Source: Vicugna vicugna
Taxonomy: Eukaryota
Reading direction: 5' to 3'
Assembly: GCA_013265495.1 (NCBI GenBank)
Contig: MU060071.1
Coordinates: 1-64,000, forward strand
Length of the DNA: 64,000 nt
The notes below the pieces were generated by a model. It did not search any database. It worked only from the letters and a program-made list of their open reading frames with translations, and was not told where the DNA came from. Made by a program: the position numbers and the translations under genes. Position 1 is the first letter of the stretch. Every line of letters starts with the position of its first letter. This document shows, one piece after another, positions 37,452 through 50,244 of this stretch.

Positions 37452-39342
37452 TTTTCTGAGAACTCGGCTGTCTCTGCTGGCCTGGACCCTCTTCTGCTGG
37501 GTGTGAGCTGTCTTGGGATTGAGGCTAGCGTCAGCCTCTGGCATTGCAGGAGGCACAAGGGCTCTGGGTGGCAGAGTGGCAGTCCCTTCCCCAAGTTGAC
37601 CCTTGTCCTGGTGCGTGGCCTGCGGGAATGATGGTCTCACTGTTTATGAGTGAACATTGTGGGAGAAGCTGTGAAGAGTTCCAGCCCTGCTTTCAGTGCA
37701 GACTCTTAATGACATGGAGGTGGCAAAAGTGCTGAGGGACAAGCAGGGTCTCAGTGCCCAGACTGAGGGGGCAATGTCATTAGGGTACACAGTTGACTCT
37801 CAGTCGGGTGAAAACCCAACTATAGCTTGTAGTCAGCCCTCCATGTGGTTCCGGATGCAGCCAGCTGTGGATTGTCTGGTTCTGTAAGTGGACCTGCACA
37901 GCTCAGGGTCAGGGAGGGCCTCACTGGAGAGGTGGGGAGGGGAGGGAGGCAGGGCAGGCACTGTGTGCTCTAATGGCAGACAGTGCTCTGCAGGCCCCTT
38001 GCAGGGCCTCTGGCCTGCCTGCTGTGGGCTTCTTGGCCTCTGCCACTTCCTGGGTCCCTGAGTAGGGGTGGCCTGCCCTGTCAGGTTTAAGGTTGGGCTG
38101 GCTATGGAAAGTGTGCTGGTGAGAAGCCCGGAGCCTTAGCGTCAGCCAGTGACTGCCAGTGATTCCAGGTTCTTCCTGCATGGAGAGGAACCTGTTGTCC
38201 CTAATAGGGGGCCTGGAGGGGCCTGTGGGCCTCTGTATGTGGGCTGGCGGGGCTAGGCTTCCGGTGGGGAGACTGGTCGGAGTGCCATGAACTCAGGTGA
38301 GGGTTGCTTTCATCCTTAGCATCTCTTCCACTTCTCACATCTGGGTTCAAGGAGGGGAGACAGGTGCGTCTTCCCTGAGCCCTGGGGAGCAGTGTTTTTG
38401 GAGGGCCACAGCTCTCCTGTTGCTGGGTTCCCTGTCACGCTGCGCACTGGGGCTGTGGGAGCTTGTTGTCTTTTGTCAGAGATGTGTCTGGGGTCTGGCT
38501 TGGGTTCCCTGCCCATTGGGCAGATCTCGGGAGGGCTTGGGCTCGGGCTTCCCAGCAGTTTGCCGGAGGGAATGGTGTTAATAACACCGATACTTCAGTG
38601 AGCCAGGTGGGTCCCTGTCCATCAGGGACGATGGACTCACGGATGGGCCGTGTGTGGTGGATATGAGGAGGGTGAAGCTGGCTGTTACTGGAGGGGACCT
38701 GAGGCCACTGAGGGGGCAGGATGGCTTCCACTGGTGGCCACAAGGAGGTAGCTGTTGGGCTCCTGGCAGCCCCTGGGGTCTTGACTGGGGACCAGGACAG
38801 CTAGGATCACAGGCATCCTTCCCGGGTCTCATTTTCCTCAGGTGTGGGTGGGGCAGAGGTCCCAGGGCCAGGCCCTCAGGGGTGGAGTGGACCATGCCCT
38901 CCTGGTGCCAAGTCTGGCCCCAGCTCCTCTGGGCCTCCCAGCAGGGCCTAGCCTGCCAGTGATGCCCTTGGCCGACGCCCACGGCTGCTGACCAGTTGCT
39001 CCCAGTGTTTCCTTCCAGCCCCGCTGCGGTAGCTGCCCCGTGGCTCACCCCGCCCTTCCCTGGCTGGTGGGAGGAGAAATGGATGCTAAGTCTGGAGACA
39101 AAGCCTTGGTCAGGAGCTTGGCTGGGGCCATAAGTTCTGGGGGTGCAACCGGCCGGCCTGTGCCAAGAGGCGCAGACCCAGACGCCTGGGTGCTGCCAAC
39201 TGGCAGAGCACCACAGGGCCCTGGCATCCCGGGCACCTGCTCCAGCCTCCTCCACCCTGGGGTGAGTGCCAGCTGGGGGGCCCCCAGGAGGCAGGCTGCC
39301 CGTGGGCTCCAGGCCACATGGACTCACCAGTCCTCCAGAGCA

Positions 39343-39525
39343 GCAGTTCTTAAGTGGGCATTCGGCCACATCTGGAGACGTTTTTGGTTGTAAAACAGTG
39401 GGGGTTCTGCTGACAATGATGGGTGGAGGCCGGAGATGCTGTTAAATGCCCTTCGGTTCACATGGCAGTCTCTGCCCGAGAATAATGAGCCCCAGATGCC
39501 AGTGGTGCTGTGGTCGAGGCTCCTG
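39343..39525 (+). mobile_element. MER20 DNA transposon (degenerate)
   Basis: gcagttcttaag...catctggagacgtttttggttgtaaaac...ggaggccggagatgctgttaaat resembles the MER20 consensus. Confidence 0.7.
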
Positions 39526-42500
39526 CTCCAGATGTCATGGGTCCTGTCGAGTCAGCTCCTGAGCCAGCCCAGCCCCACTTGGTCCCCTCAGTCCCTGCCC
39601 CTCCCTGCCCTGCTGGGCCTGGACCTTGATGGCCTGTCCCTGCCCGGCCTGGGTGTGCAGACTTCACCCTGCCTGTGGCTTGGATGCTTCGGTCCAACCA
39701 CAACCTCAGAAGGCAGTTTTGGGGTTTTATTTTCACTCTGCAGCCCCTCCTCTCTTCCCTGTGGTGCCTCCACCCTCCCCCAGCCCCTTCTCCCTGGTGT
39801 TCCCTAGTTCTAGCCCTGATAGCCACTGACGGGGCAGCCTTCAGTGAAAGGCTCGTCTTTGTGATGTGGTTCTGGCCTGTGATCTGCCCCTCTCCCCAGC
39901 CCGTCCAGCAGTGCATAGAGGATGGGTTCAGTCAGGGAGGCCCCATCCAGGGCCCAGCTGATGAGGGTGGTCTTGGGCTCTTGCTGGGGATCTGCTTTTT
40001 GAACCCAGCTTGGGGCACCTCTGTGAGCTCAGCTTTATGGCTCTGCTGCTCCGTACCTGGTGCACAGCAGAGTCTTCTGGCCTGGATGTCTTCGCCGCAC
40101 CGTGGGCCCGGAAGGAGCCGGGCAGACTCCGGCCCCGTGGGAGGACGTGAGGCTGGGTACCAGGCCCTGGGGAGGGTGGGCACGGGCCCTGGCCACCTCA
40201 GATGCACCAGGCAGGGTACAGCACACACCTACGTGCACCCCCCAAACCCCATGCTGTGAGTAGCGCTCCCCACCATTCAGGGAGCTGGCGAAGGTGCTGG
40301 AGGGCCATAGCGTGGGGCAGAGGCTGGAGAGAGGCTCCCTCCCCGGTGTGGCCGAGGCCCGCTGAGCTTGCCCAGAAGGACACCGGAACCTGGGTGGACT
40401 GAGGGGTGGGATATTGCTCTCTAGGACTGAGTTTTGGAAAAAGCCCCTGGAGAGTTAGTCCAGGGTAGAGGCCAGAGGGCAACCTCCCCCGCTGCCTGGC
40501 TGGGCATCCAGAGCCCACCTGGGTGTCGCAGGGCGCTGCTGGGCCATCTGCCGGAGAGGGAGCGGAGCCCCATGGCCTTGGGCCTCACCTGAGGTCACGT
40601 GTCGGCCGACTCTGCCACTTTGGGGGGGGGGTTGTCTCTGTGGGTTGGCCTGTGTGTGTCCTTGGAGGACCCCTCCTTGAGTAGGGGTAAAAGTCCTGCA
40701 GACCCCGGATGGCCAGTGGGCAGCACCAGGCCCACAGCCCCGCTCGCCTCAGCTGTGGTGGCAGCAGGGCCATCAGGACCCTTGAGGCCAAGGGGAGGGG
40801 AGGCATCAGCCCTTGGGCTGGGCATGAGCTTGTGCCAACTCCTCGGGCAGGATCCACGGTCGGGGGGAGCCAGGTTGCCAGGTGGCATTAATCGTGCACG
40901 TGCCTCGTGGAGTGTAGGTTGGCCCAGCGACTTTGGGGACACAGGACAAGGGTGACTGCCCTATGACGCTGCACCACGAGCCCACAAGCTAGCCTACCTG
41001 GGCCGGCCTCGCCCACGTTGATGGTCTGCAGGGCAGGGAGGAGACTGACTCAGCCTGGAGTCCTGCTGAGCATAAGGGGCCCCAGAGACCACCAAGACCG
41101 GGTCCTGACCTGGAGCCCTCGGGGGCTGGGGGTACGTGAAAAGGGCTCTTGTGCCCTCTGGGCTGACACCTGCTTCTCCTGAAGCCAGGCACTGTCCCCT
41201 ACCCGACGCCTGTTGAGTTTGCTTGGTCTTGTTGGTTTTGTTACTTTGCTTTTACAGTTGAATTCTCGTTTTAAAATTTCCGGCCAAGTCAGACTGTGCG
41301 GCTCAGCGTGGAATTGTTGGCTCCTGCCTCACCCACCTCCTCATCTCCTCATCCACCCCAGGTCTGTCCAGGCGCCTTGGGCTGGTGCCCCCTCCTCTTA
41401 CAGTCACAGCACAGCGACACAGTCACCTCCCAACATCAGTAGCATTCACACAAGGCCTCATGGGCCAGCATGCCAGTGTCCCCTTCTCACACAACTGTTT
41501 GTTCTCCAGTTCTGTTTTTTCTTTTGTGTGTTTTCCTGTGCTTCTATCACTAACTCAGCCCCAGACTTGCTGGAGGGATTTGAAAACTGTCAGTTGGGTC
41601 CAGCTCCTCAAGTGCCTCTTGTTCCTGTGCAGTCCTTCCTGGCGCCCAGCTAGGCTACGCTGGGCCCTTGAGGGCACCAGCAGAGTCTACCTGGGATACC
41701 CATGGCCTCAAAAGCTGGAGCCGTTGTTTCTGGAATGCCATGTTTTCCTGTCTTGTGGTTTACCTTCCTTTCCATGGAGTCCATCCTATAGTAGCTTTCC
41801 CAGAAAAGGTGTGTGGGAGATAGATCATAGAATAAGAACTGTGTTTTTAAGAAATTAGTAATTGATGCATCTGAGTGATTCCCTCTACTACAGGCACTGT
41901 GCTGGGTTCTTCCTGGGAGTTCTCTCACTTCACAGCGAGCCTGTAGTTAGCCTTGTTTGGTAGATAGGGACCCTCAACTTACCCACAGTCGCATGGCTGA
42001 GAAGCCGTGACTTGGCTCTAAGTCTGTTTGACTCCAAACTTAATTTGTTTTAAATTTATTTTTATAAAAGTTATGCCTCTGCATATCTAAATAGTGTAAT
42101 AGTTCAACAGTGCTTGAAAAAAAAGCTAGTCTCTCCTCCCCACACCACCTTCCCAGAGGCAGTCTCAGCCCTTTCAGATGATTCTTTTGGTATTACAATA
42201 TCTCTAAATTGGAGGATTTTGGACTTTTTGACCAAAACTCAAAATAAGAAATACATTTTATGTATCACTACCCACACTTGAAAAATTAAAAAAAAATACA
42301 TACCTCTCTTCAGTGCAGTCATCTCAGGTGTTTTCTGGTCTACTTCATTAAAAAATACTATTTCCAATCCATTAGACTGAGTTCACACTTGCTAATCAAA
42401 TACAATTCTCATGTCCCTGCGTTTTGTTTTCATTGCAGGTGTTACCTGTTGGCCTCTCTTGTGCTGCCCCCTCCATCCCTCCTCTGACCTGGCGGCCCGT

Positions 42501-42819
42501 GAGTCGGGGTGTGTGAAAGTCTGTTTACATGACTGACCACGGACGGGCTGGCAGCTGTCGCTGCTTTTCTTTCCCTCTGCATGTTGTTTTCCCTGGTTTT
42601 CTCTCTTCTCTCCGGTTGCTCTGGTTCTCTGTGCCCTCGTCACGGTTTCAGCACCAAGTTCTCAGCCCGGCTCGCAGGAGCATCCGAGGTTTGCTCATCT
42701 CAGGACAGAGTCTCTTCCTGGACTTCCTGCTTGTCCAGCAGCGGCAGGCCCGCCGCACTTGGGCTCAGCTTTGTTCCTGGGGCATCCCGCAGACACTCTC
42801 TCCTTCCCTGATCCTTCCG

Positions 42820-43470
42820 TTTTCTTCCCCTTACTTTGCAAGAGCCCGTCCTCCATAGTTTCCTGCGGAAAGAAACACAAGAGAAAATTTTGCAATTTTG
42901 CAAATCTGCAGATGTCTCTACTGGATCCTGTTTCTTGGTTGACAGTGTGGCTGGATGTGGAATTCTAGGTTGGAGATCGTTTCCTACAAAATCCTGCAGG
43001 TCTTGCTCTGCTGTCCTCCAGTTCCCAGTGCTGCTGATTAGAGAAGTAAACTTGCTTTGAGGCCAGCTCCTTTGTCAGTAGCAGACTCTCGAGGCCCTCG
43101 TTCCTTCATGCCAGCATTCCCAGTGGCACACTTTAGTGTGGCTCTTTTCGCCCCATGGAAGGCCGGTTCAGCCTGGGCTTGCCTGACCTTCAGCTCTGAG
43201 GCAGTTTCTTGAACTGTTTTCTTGAACTGTAATTCCCTCCCCTCCATTTCTGCTGTTTCTGAAGCTCCTGTTATTGGATGATTTTCTCTTCTGTTTGCCA
43301 TTTCATGGGCACCTTCAGCATTTCCCTCTAATCCACTTAATGAATTTTTTTCATTTCTGTTACCTTCTTTTCAATTTTTTAGAGACTTTCATTTTCTCAG
43401 TGTGTTTAGCATGCCTGGTTGTTTCCTGGGTGTGACGTCGCCTCTTCTGGGAGGATGTTAATGAGACGTC
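42820..43470 (-). mobile_element. Ancient LINE-1 ORF1/5' region fragment (L1M-like), antisense
   Basis: gacagtgtggctggatgtggaattctaggttggagatcgtttcctacaaaatcctgcagg is a characteristic antisense old-L1 motif; T-rich. Confidence 0.65.
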
Positions 43471-43686
43471 ATTTCTCTGCTGACCCCCCCTACCCTGCAG
43501 CCTTGTTCCAGGCGGGCTTCTCTGCCTGTTGGCTTTGGCCTCCATTTCCCACACTAGTGGGCCTCCTCTGCTGGCGCTTCGTTGTCTGCTTCTGTTTGAC
43601 AGTGGGGTCCACAAAGCAGGACCCCCAGAAGTGGCTCTATGTGCCCTTTCCCACTTCAGGGGGAAGCCGGGACTCTGGCGACCAAG

Positions 43687-43781
43687 TAGGGTTGCCAACT
43701 TTAGCAAATAAAAATAGAGGACCCCTTGTTAAAAGTGAATTTCAGGTAAACAACAAATAACCTGTCAGTATAAACGTGTCC
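43687..43781. mobile_element. MER53 MITE, one arm of the palindromic element
   Basis: tagggttgccaactttagcaaataaaaatagagga...gaatttcaggtaaacaacaaataa...agtataaacgtgtcc resembles the first arm of MER53. Confidence 0.75.
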
Positions 43782-46086
43782 TGTTCAGTGTTTACCTGCA
43801 GTCCTGACATGTGAGGCATGGCAGGGCGGGCAGGAGGGTCCCCGTCTCCATGTCAGAGGCTGCGGCCAGCTCGCAGGGCTCGGGCCCGCTTGGAAGTTTC
43901 GCTTTCCGAAGGTGGGACAATGTGAGCTTCCCAGGGGTGAACCTTTCACTGCACTGGGTTGAAACACAATTGTACTGAAGTCCACTGGGCAGCCGTGGAG
44001 GGTGCAGAGACCAAGTCCCAGGGTCTCTCACTTGCCGAGAATGTGATTAGATTCTTGGGTTGTATGGCCGGGAACATTCTCTGAGCATGTCAGTGGAACT
44101 CCCTGTCTTCCTGGAAACCAAAATGTTGCATATGATTATGAAGCTCCCGTTCTGACTAGCCTACCTACACCGAAAGGCTCTTGCTTAGATTTAAAATGGA
44201 GAACATGCAAATTCCATGAAGAAAAAGGAAACTGAACTTCTGCCTTAGAAGTGTTCACCTTTTGAAAAAAGTTACTTTCTTGCAGAATCCACAGCCAAAA
44301 AAAAAAAGAAAAGCTGGAACAATGGTTGTCACGGGATAAGAAGCCAACGTCACCAAGGAGACTTCACTTCATAGAAGCATTAATATCGTCTAACTGCTGG
44401 GATGGGAAATGTGGAGTTTTACAAAGTTGTATGAGAAAAAGGCTAAGTGATATTTTTCATCAAGATGACCCTGGACAAATTAGACGCCTTCCTAATTCTG
44501 CCTTGAACGGCTGTGTCTTTCCCCTGACGTCATGAACCGTGTGAGACAACGGAGGATAGTATCATGGGTTTGGGAAGAATCAGGTTTATTTACTTATGCA
44601 AAGCTTACTTAACTTTCCTAAATTTCCTGGTTTGGTTTTATGTCTCAGGTAAGTTATTTTTTTCCCCCAAAATACTTAAAATCATATAGATGTATATGTT
44701 TATGTTTAAACATATATTTTTAAAATGTTTATATTTCACTAAAATAACTGATCTCTTTTGTATAGGATTTACTCCTGTAACCCAGATGGAGCTCTGAATT
44801 GTCTGCATGTCATTTGTGCACCTGTCGCCGAGGTGCACCTGTGCAGGGATTACAGCACCCCCCCCCCCCGCCTGGCCCTCACTGTGCGATCTTGCTGCTC
44901 CTCCCCCAGGGCTCCCTTGGGTCTGGCTGTGACCTGCTCTTACCAGTAGAAAGAGGCAGATGCTTCCAAGCTCTGGCCGCAAGGGTTCTGGCAGCTTCTA
45001 TCAGTGGAAGGAAGCCTGGCGTAGGCGGCCAAGCGACAGGTCACGTGGTGGGAAGAGGCCGCGTGGACAGAAGACCTGGGTAGTGGCCGCCCCGACCCCC
45101 AGTTGCTGAAGTGAAGCCATGGGGCTCGTCAGCCCCCGTGAGCCACCCCAGCAGCACCATGTGCCCCAGGACCTGGGCAGCCAGGGACCCTCCTGCGCCT
45201 TCCATGAGGGGAGCCATGCTCCTGCTTTTTCTCTGTAAATCATTTGGAATTCTCCTGCATGAAGAATTCCATTTACGTGAGCAGCCACTTATTTCTGGGA
45301 GTGTGACTTTCCATTTCAGGTTACAGTCCAGCACCCCTGGCTCCAGCTCTTGGCCCTGGGCCCCCACCCCCTAGTTCTTTTTTCTTTTTTCCCCCAACAC
45401 TTCCTTTCCAGCAGTACAGGCTCTCCAGGTTTATTTAGTATGTTTCCTCCCAGCCCTAAAGGCAGCCATTTCTCCAAGGAGCCCTGGTTCCTTTGTTGGA
45501 AAACGATCTTAGAAACCAAGGTCTGGAGCTGGGCACGCTCACTGCTGCGGGCCTTCGCAGACAACAGAGGTGGCCCTGCATCAGCACATCCACCGCCGTT
45601 TTCACGCGCCTGTGTTTGTGTCTGCTAACACGAGTTCGTCTCATTGTCCCCAGCTGTTGCCCAGGGCCACGTGGGTCTTCCCAGCCCCTCTTCTTACCCT
45701 CTCGTGTAATCGCTCAGTTCCGTGTTCCTGTATAGAGTGTCAGAGCGGATAAACCACAGCCTCGGGGAAGCAACTCTGTCAGCTCAAATGAAAACACCAT
45801 CCCTTACCGACTCACCAGAAAGTCGGTGGACACGGGCATCTTGTGGGTGAGGTGACTCACATCTGATGGAAGTAAATCGATGGTTCCTGACTCCTGGCTA
45901 CAGAAATGATGAAGCGATAAGGATGATGAGGAGATCTTCCTGGCGTGACGGGAAAGATGGAAATGCAGAAGCCACCTTGCCACCCGGGGTCTGGCTCCAG
46001 TTCATGAGCAACGTGAGCAGTGTCTGCACGTTGGTTGGCTGGCCTCCCCGCACCTTCTCAAACAGAACAGGCCAGTGGGGAGAGCA

Positions 46087-46501
46087 CAGGTGGGCTGCAG
46101 GGCGCCACGGGTCAGGCTCCGGCCACTGCAGTAAAGTGAATGCCATGACAAAACGAGGCACACAGATTCTGTGGTTTCCCGGCCTATGTAAAAGCCACAT
46201 TTATACCATAATCTATTAAGTGCATAACAGCATTATGTCTAAAAAGTGCACATGCATTAGTTAAAAAATTTGTTATCTCTAAAAAATGCGAACCATCATC
46301 TGGGCCTTCAGTGAGTCATGCCTTTCTTGCTGGTGGAGGGTTAAAAATGTGAGAATTACCAAAATGTGACACAGAAGCACGGGGTGAGCAAGTGCTGTTG
46401 GGAAAACGGCACTGGTGGGCTTGCCTGACGCAGGGTCACCACAGACCTTCAGTTTGTAAAAATGCATCATCTGTGAAGCGCAGTAAAGTGAGGTGTGCCT
46501 G
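46087..46501 (-). mobile_element. Internally deleted Tigger1 (MER37-like) Tc1/pogo transposon
   Basis: Both Tigger1 ends present (ctattaagtgcataacagcattatgtctaaaaa...gctggtggaggg joined to aaatgtgagaattaccaaaatgtgacacaga...gaggtgtgcctg); transposase interior missing. Confidence 0.8.
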
Positions 46502-47109
46502 TTCCCGTCAAAGACACCACGCAGGAAACCGCTTGCCGAGGGTTTGACCATGACTGCTAAAATCCTTGGTCTTGGGTTCTTGATGGTTTCTCAGGGTGAA
46601 GGGGTTGCCTGGTCCATGAAATAATGCTTCTGTGTTTCCAAGTGTTCTTGTCTGTATTTTCAAATCAGTGTCTCGATGCATCAGTGGTCTCTCAGCCCCA
46701 TCTCAGCGTGTCATCTGACTTGTGGGCCTCCACCAGCAGGGCTGAGAGCCCCCTCGGGACGCACAGACCATCAGACATGGGATCTGGAGTCCCCTGGCCC
46801 ATGGAGTGAGACAGTGCCGTAGCAGACCACCAGGACTCCCGAAGAAGGACTAACACATGCGCAAGTGACCACCTCTGGGAAGACAGCAGTGTGAGGGTGG
46901 ATCGCGGGTGCTCTGGTCTGTGGGGCAGCTCCGCCCTCTGGCCTCCGCCTCACGGTGACAGTGGATCGGCACGGTTCTGGAGAAACCTGAGGGGAGCTGT
47001 GACTCAGCAGTCTGCCCACAAGCCAATCCTCAGCTGAGACACCAGTCCCTTTCCTTGTAAGACTTGTGCTTTTGTCTTTTTAAGTCCTGCCCTTGCTTTG
47101 TCCTGGGAA

Positions 47110-47590
47110 GCAGTTGTGTCTGTCTCCTGTTGGCAGCATGAAAAGTCAACACAAATTTAGCAGCTTCACACAGCAGGCTCGTTACCACGCAGCTTCCATG
47201 GGTCAGGCTCTGGACGTGCGTTTACCGGGAGCTCCACCCAGGGTCTCACGGGGTCAGACCCGTGTCAGCCAGGGCTGTGTCCTCACCTGCGGTCCTCTTC
47301 CAGGCCCAGCTGGGTGGCTGGCAGAACCCGTTCCTCGCAGTTATAGGACCAAGGGCCGTTTTCTTCTTGATGAATGAAGTGGGTGGGGCTGCAGCCTCAG
47401 GTTTTGGCCACACAGTCGCCTCCATGAGCCCTTTCACCACATGGCTGGTGGGAGAAGCTGACTACTCGGCTATGAGGGAAACTCGGTCTCTGTGAGTGAC
47501 AGCCCCGCACCTCTGTTGTGTGGGTGCAAAGGACTACCCCACCACAGTCTCCCCTCCCGCCACTCTAGGGGAGGACCTTGGAGTTCTGTC
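47110..47590 (-). mobile_element. MLT1 (ERVL-MaLR) solo LTR, degenerate
   Basis: cacaaatttagcagcttcacacagc...cagggtctcac...gtgtcagccagggctg...ggctggcagaacccgttcctcgcagttatagg resembles a reverse MLT1E/F LTR. Confidence 0.65.
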
Positions 47591-47879
47591 CACCACCTGG
47601 CCCTTGGAGGGTCATTTTCCTGGTATGTTCCTGTAAATCCTGGCAGCTCTAAACAAACTATCTTGGCATTTCCTGCATCACCAGACCACATCTCTCCTGA
47701 TTGTAAACCCCTCAGGCCTCATCCTGCCGGGTGTGAATGAGAGCCAGGCCACAGCCCTGCAGACCTGTGCGCCAAGCCCCACCCTCCCTCCCCCTACAGG
47801 CAGCTTCCTGGGCGCTGGCCTGGCTGTCCACTTGTGGGGTCGCTCCCTAGGAAGCTGTCCCTGTGAGTCTCGCGTTTCA

Positions 47880-48010
47880 GATGATGCCATTTATCTGTGA
47901 GCAGGCCTCCTCTAACAGCCCAAAGAGGGCAGGAGCTTGGCATCCAGTTCGGGGCTGACTCCCAGTGCATGGCACACAGTGGGTGCACAGGAAGTGTTTG
48001 CTGAATGTTG
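47880..48010 (+). mobile_element. L2 3' terminal fragment
   Basis: ccagtgcatggcacacagtgggtgcacaggaagtgtttgctgaatg resembles the L2 tail. Confidence 0.5.
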
Positions 48011-50244
48011 AACAGCACATGTGAGCACGTGTCTGTGTGTCAGGTTGTGCTCTTGAGTGCCTGTGGTTTTTCCTCCCCATGAGCCTGGCTGCCTGGAATG
48101 TCCGAGTCCCCAGGATTGGAGCCAGACTCTGATTCTCAGGCTCAGTTGGGCTGGCTGCCCCTCCTCGTCCTGTCCAGCCTCTACTCCTAGGAGAGGGGAT
48201 GTGGGTCTGGCTCTGGTCTGGCTGGGGCTGGCCTGGAACTCAGGGGGACCACAGTGATGTTGGTGGCTGTTCAGTTCCGATCTGTTCTCTCTTGGGCTCT
48301 GCTTCCATCTGTGACTACTTCCTGCCAAGGACTGGGGAGGTGGGCTCAAGCAGGGAGAGGACGGGGCAGGGAAGAGGGGTTGCAGCATTCTACTGCAGTG
48401 GTGCAAGGGGGTGGGGGTCCTCCTTCAGACTTCTGCTTTTGGGCTGAGCTGAGGGCTGGATCTGCAGCACAGGGGCGCCACCAGGCCTCAGCACAGGGCC
48501 TGAGGCCAGGGAACCTACTGGGAGAGGGAGTTTAGGGTGTGGACCAGGCGGGGAGCGGACCCTGTCCCCTCCCAGGCTGCGGGGCCGGACCTGGTTCATC
48601 TCTGCCTCCCTCCAGCCCTGCTTGGACATCTTCCCTCCACGAAGGAGAGACAGCCTGGCAGCCAGAGGCAGGAACAGAGGGCAGAGGTGGAGGCCAGCGC
48701 AGTAGAGACCAAAGGAGAGAGGCAGACATGGGTGGGGGCGCAGAGGAAGGCTGGGAGGGAGGCTGCAGTGCTAATGTAAACCAGTTAGGAAAACAGGGGG
48801 AGAGGCCAGGCCTCAAGGCCAGCCAGGCAGGGCTTGTTTTTCCAGAATGAAAGGCCCAGGGAGGAGCTAGAGTGGGGTGGGGAGATGAGCCCTGATTCCA
48901 GTTTGGAAAGGGCTCCGCCTCCCAGGGCCTGGATCTTGCAGAGGGAAATAGGTCCGTTAGGTTGGGGGTGGGGTGTTCTCCCAGCTGGTCCTACCTGTTA
49001 TCACCCCTCACTCCCTCCTACTGCAGCAGCAGCCTCCTCCCCTTCCCTGGAGCCAGAGAGTCTGGCTGGGCTGGGCTCCTCGCTCGCTCTTCTGAGGACT
49101 TGGGGACCAGGGCAGGGTTCAAGAATGAGAATCCGGCCCACCAGGGCCTGGGACCTGTGACAATAATTCAGTCCAAATGGGCAGTCTGAAAAATGCATTG
49201 TGGCTTTCTGTGGTGATGTGGTGGAGTTTTTCTTTTCTTTTTCTTTTTTCGAGGTTTGCTTAACTAGAGAGAGTGGGTTTGGTACACAGTGCGAGGTCTG
49301 TGATTTCACATTTGTTTATGTGACTCTGTAAGTTTTCCCAGAGCTTCAAATTTGTGCCTTCTGTTGGGAAGGCTCCCATACCCCACCCCTTCCTTCCCTT
49401 CCTGGGAGCAGTGGGGGAGCTCCTGGGAGCAGGGCACCCAGGTCTGGACGGGGTTTCATGGGCACCACGCTGTGCCCCTGATAGTGAGCAGATGGGGGCA
49501 GGGGCACCAGGACAGAGGGGCACTGGGCTGGCCCCACTCAGTGCTCAGGGTCCCCACCCCTCATCTCCCCGGCTAGCTCTCTGGATGGTGCAGTTGACGT
49601 AGACAGCAGTGCCCATCCTGTTGTCTGGAGGGAGCCCCCCTGTACCTCCCCAGGGCTGGTGCTACTCTTATCCCCACTACACAGATGAGGAAATGCAGCC
49701 CCCAGAGGAGACGGGCCTGCGCGGGTCATCACGTGGCAGCCTGGGCTCCTTGGGGGTCCGACCTCAGGATGCCTTTCTTCTGGCCCCCAGTGGAGGGATG
49801 CCTTGGGCCAATGTCCCCCTACAGAGGAGGGGGCGAGGGGTGCTCACCCCAGAACCCCAGGCCTGCAGTGGCCCCAGAGGGGCCCTGTGTGTCACAGACA
49901 TCTACAGGGTATCCAGGGCCATGCCTTCAGGCTTTGGGGCCCTCCTGCCCCTCCGAGGGCTGAGCTACTGCCCCCTTCTTCAGGACCTGAGCCAGAGGGG
50001 GAGCCAAGTCTCTGCTCTGACTCCCCTCACCGTCTGGGGCATAGTGGCCAAGGCCCTACCCCTCCCACTAGGCCAGCTAAGGATCTGGGGAGGCCAAGAG
50101 GCTGGGCAGGAGCGAAGAGGGCGGTCGGTCTGCAGGGCTCCGTGATGTCATGGCGGGTTCTGAGGAGGGGGAGGGGGGCGGGCTGTTTTTCTGGAGAGTT
50201 AGAGCCTGAGCGAGACAAAGCGGCCAGAGGGCCAGGCGGGCGCC

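Noticed and set aside
41230-41600. Two strong-looking plus-strand acceptors in the AURKAIP1-MXRA8 interval
   Set aside because: No convincing paired donors or coding signal; T-rich tracts may derive from decayed repeats.
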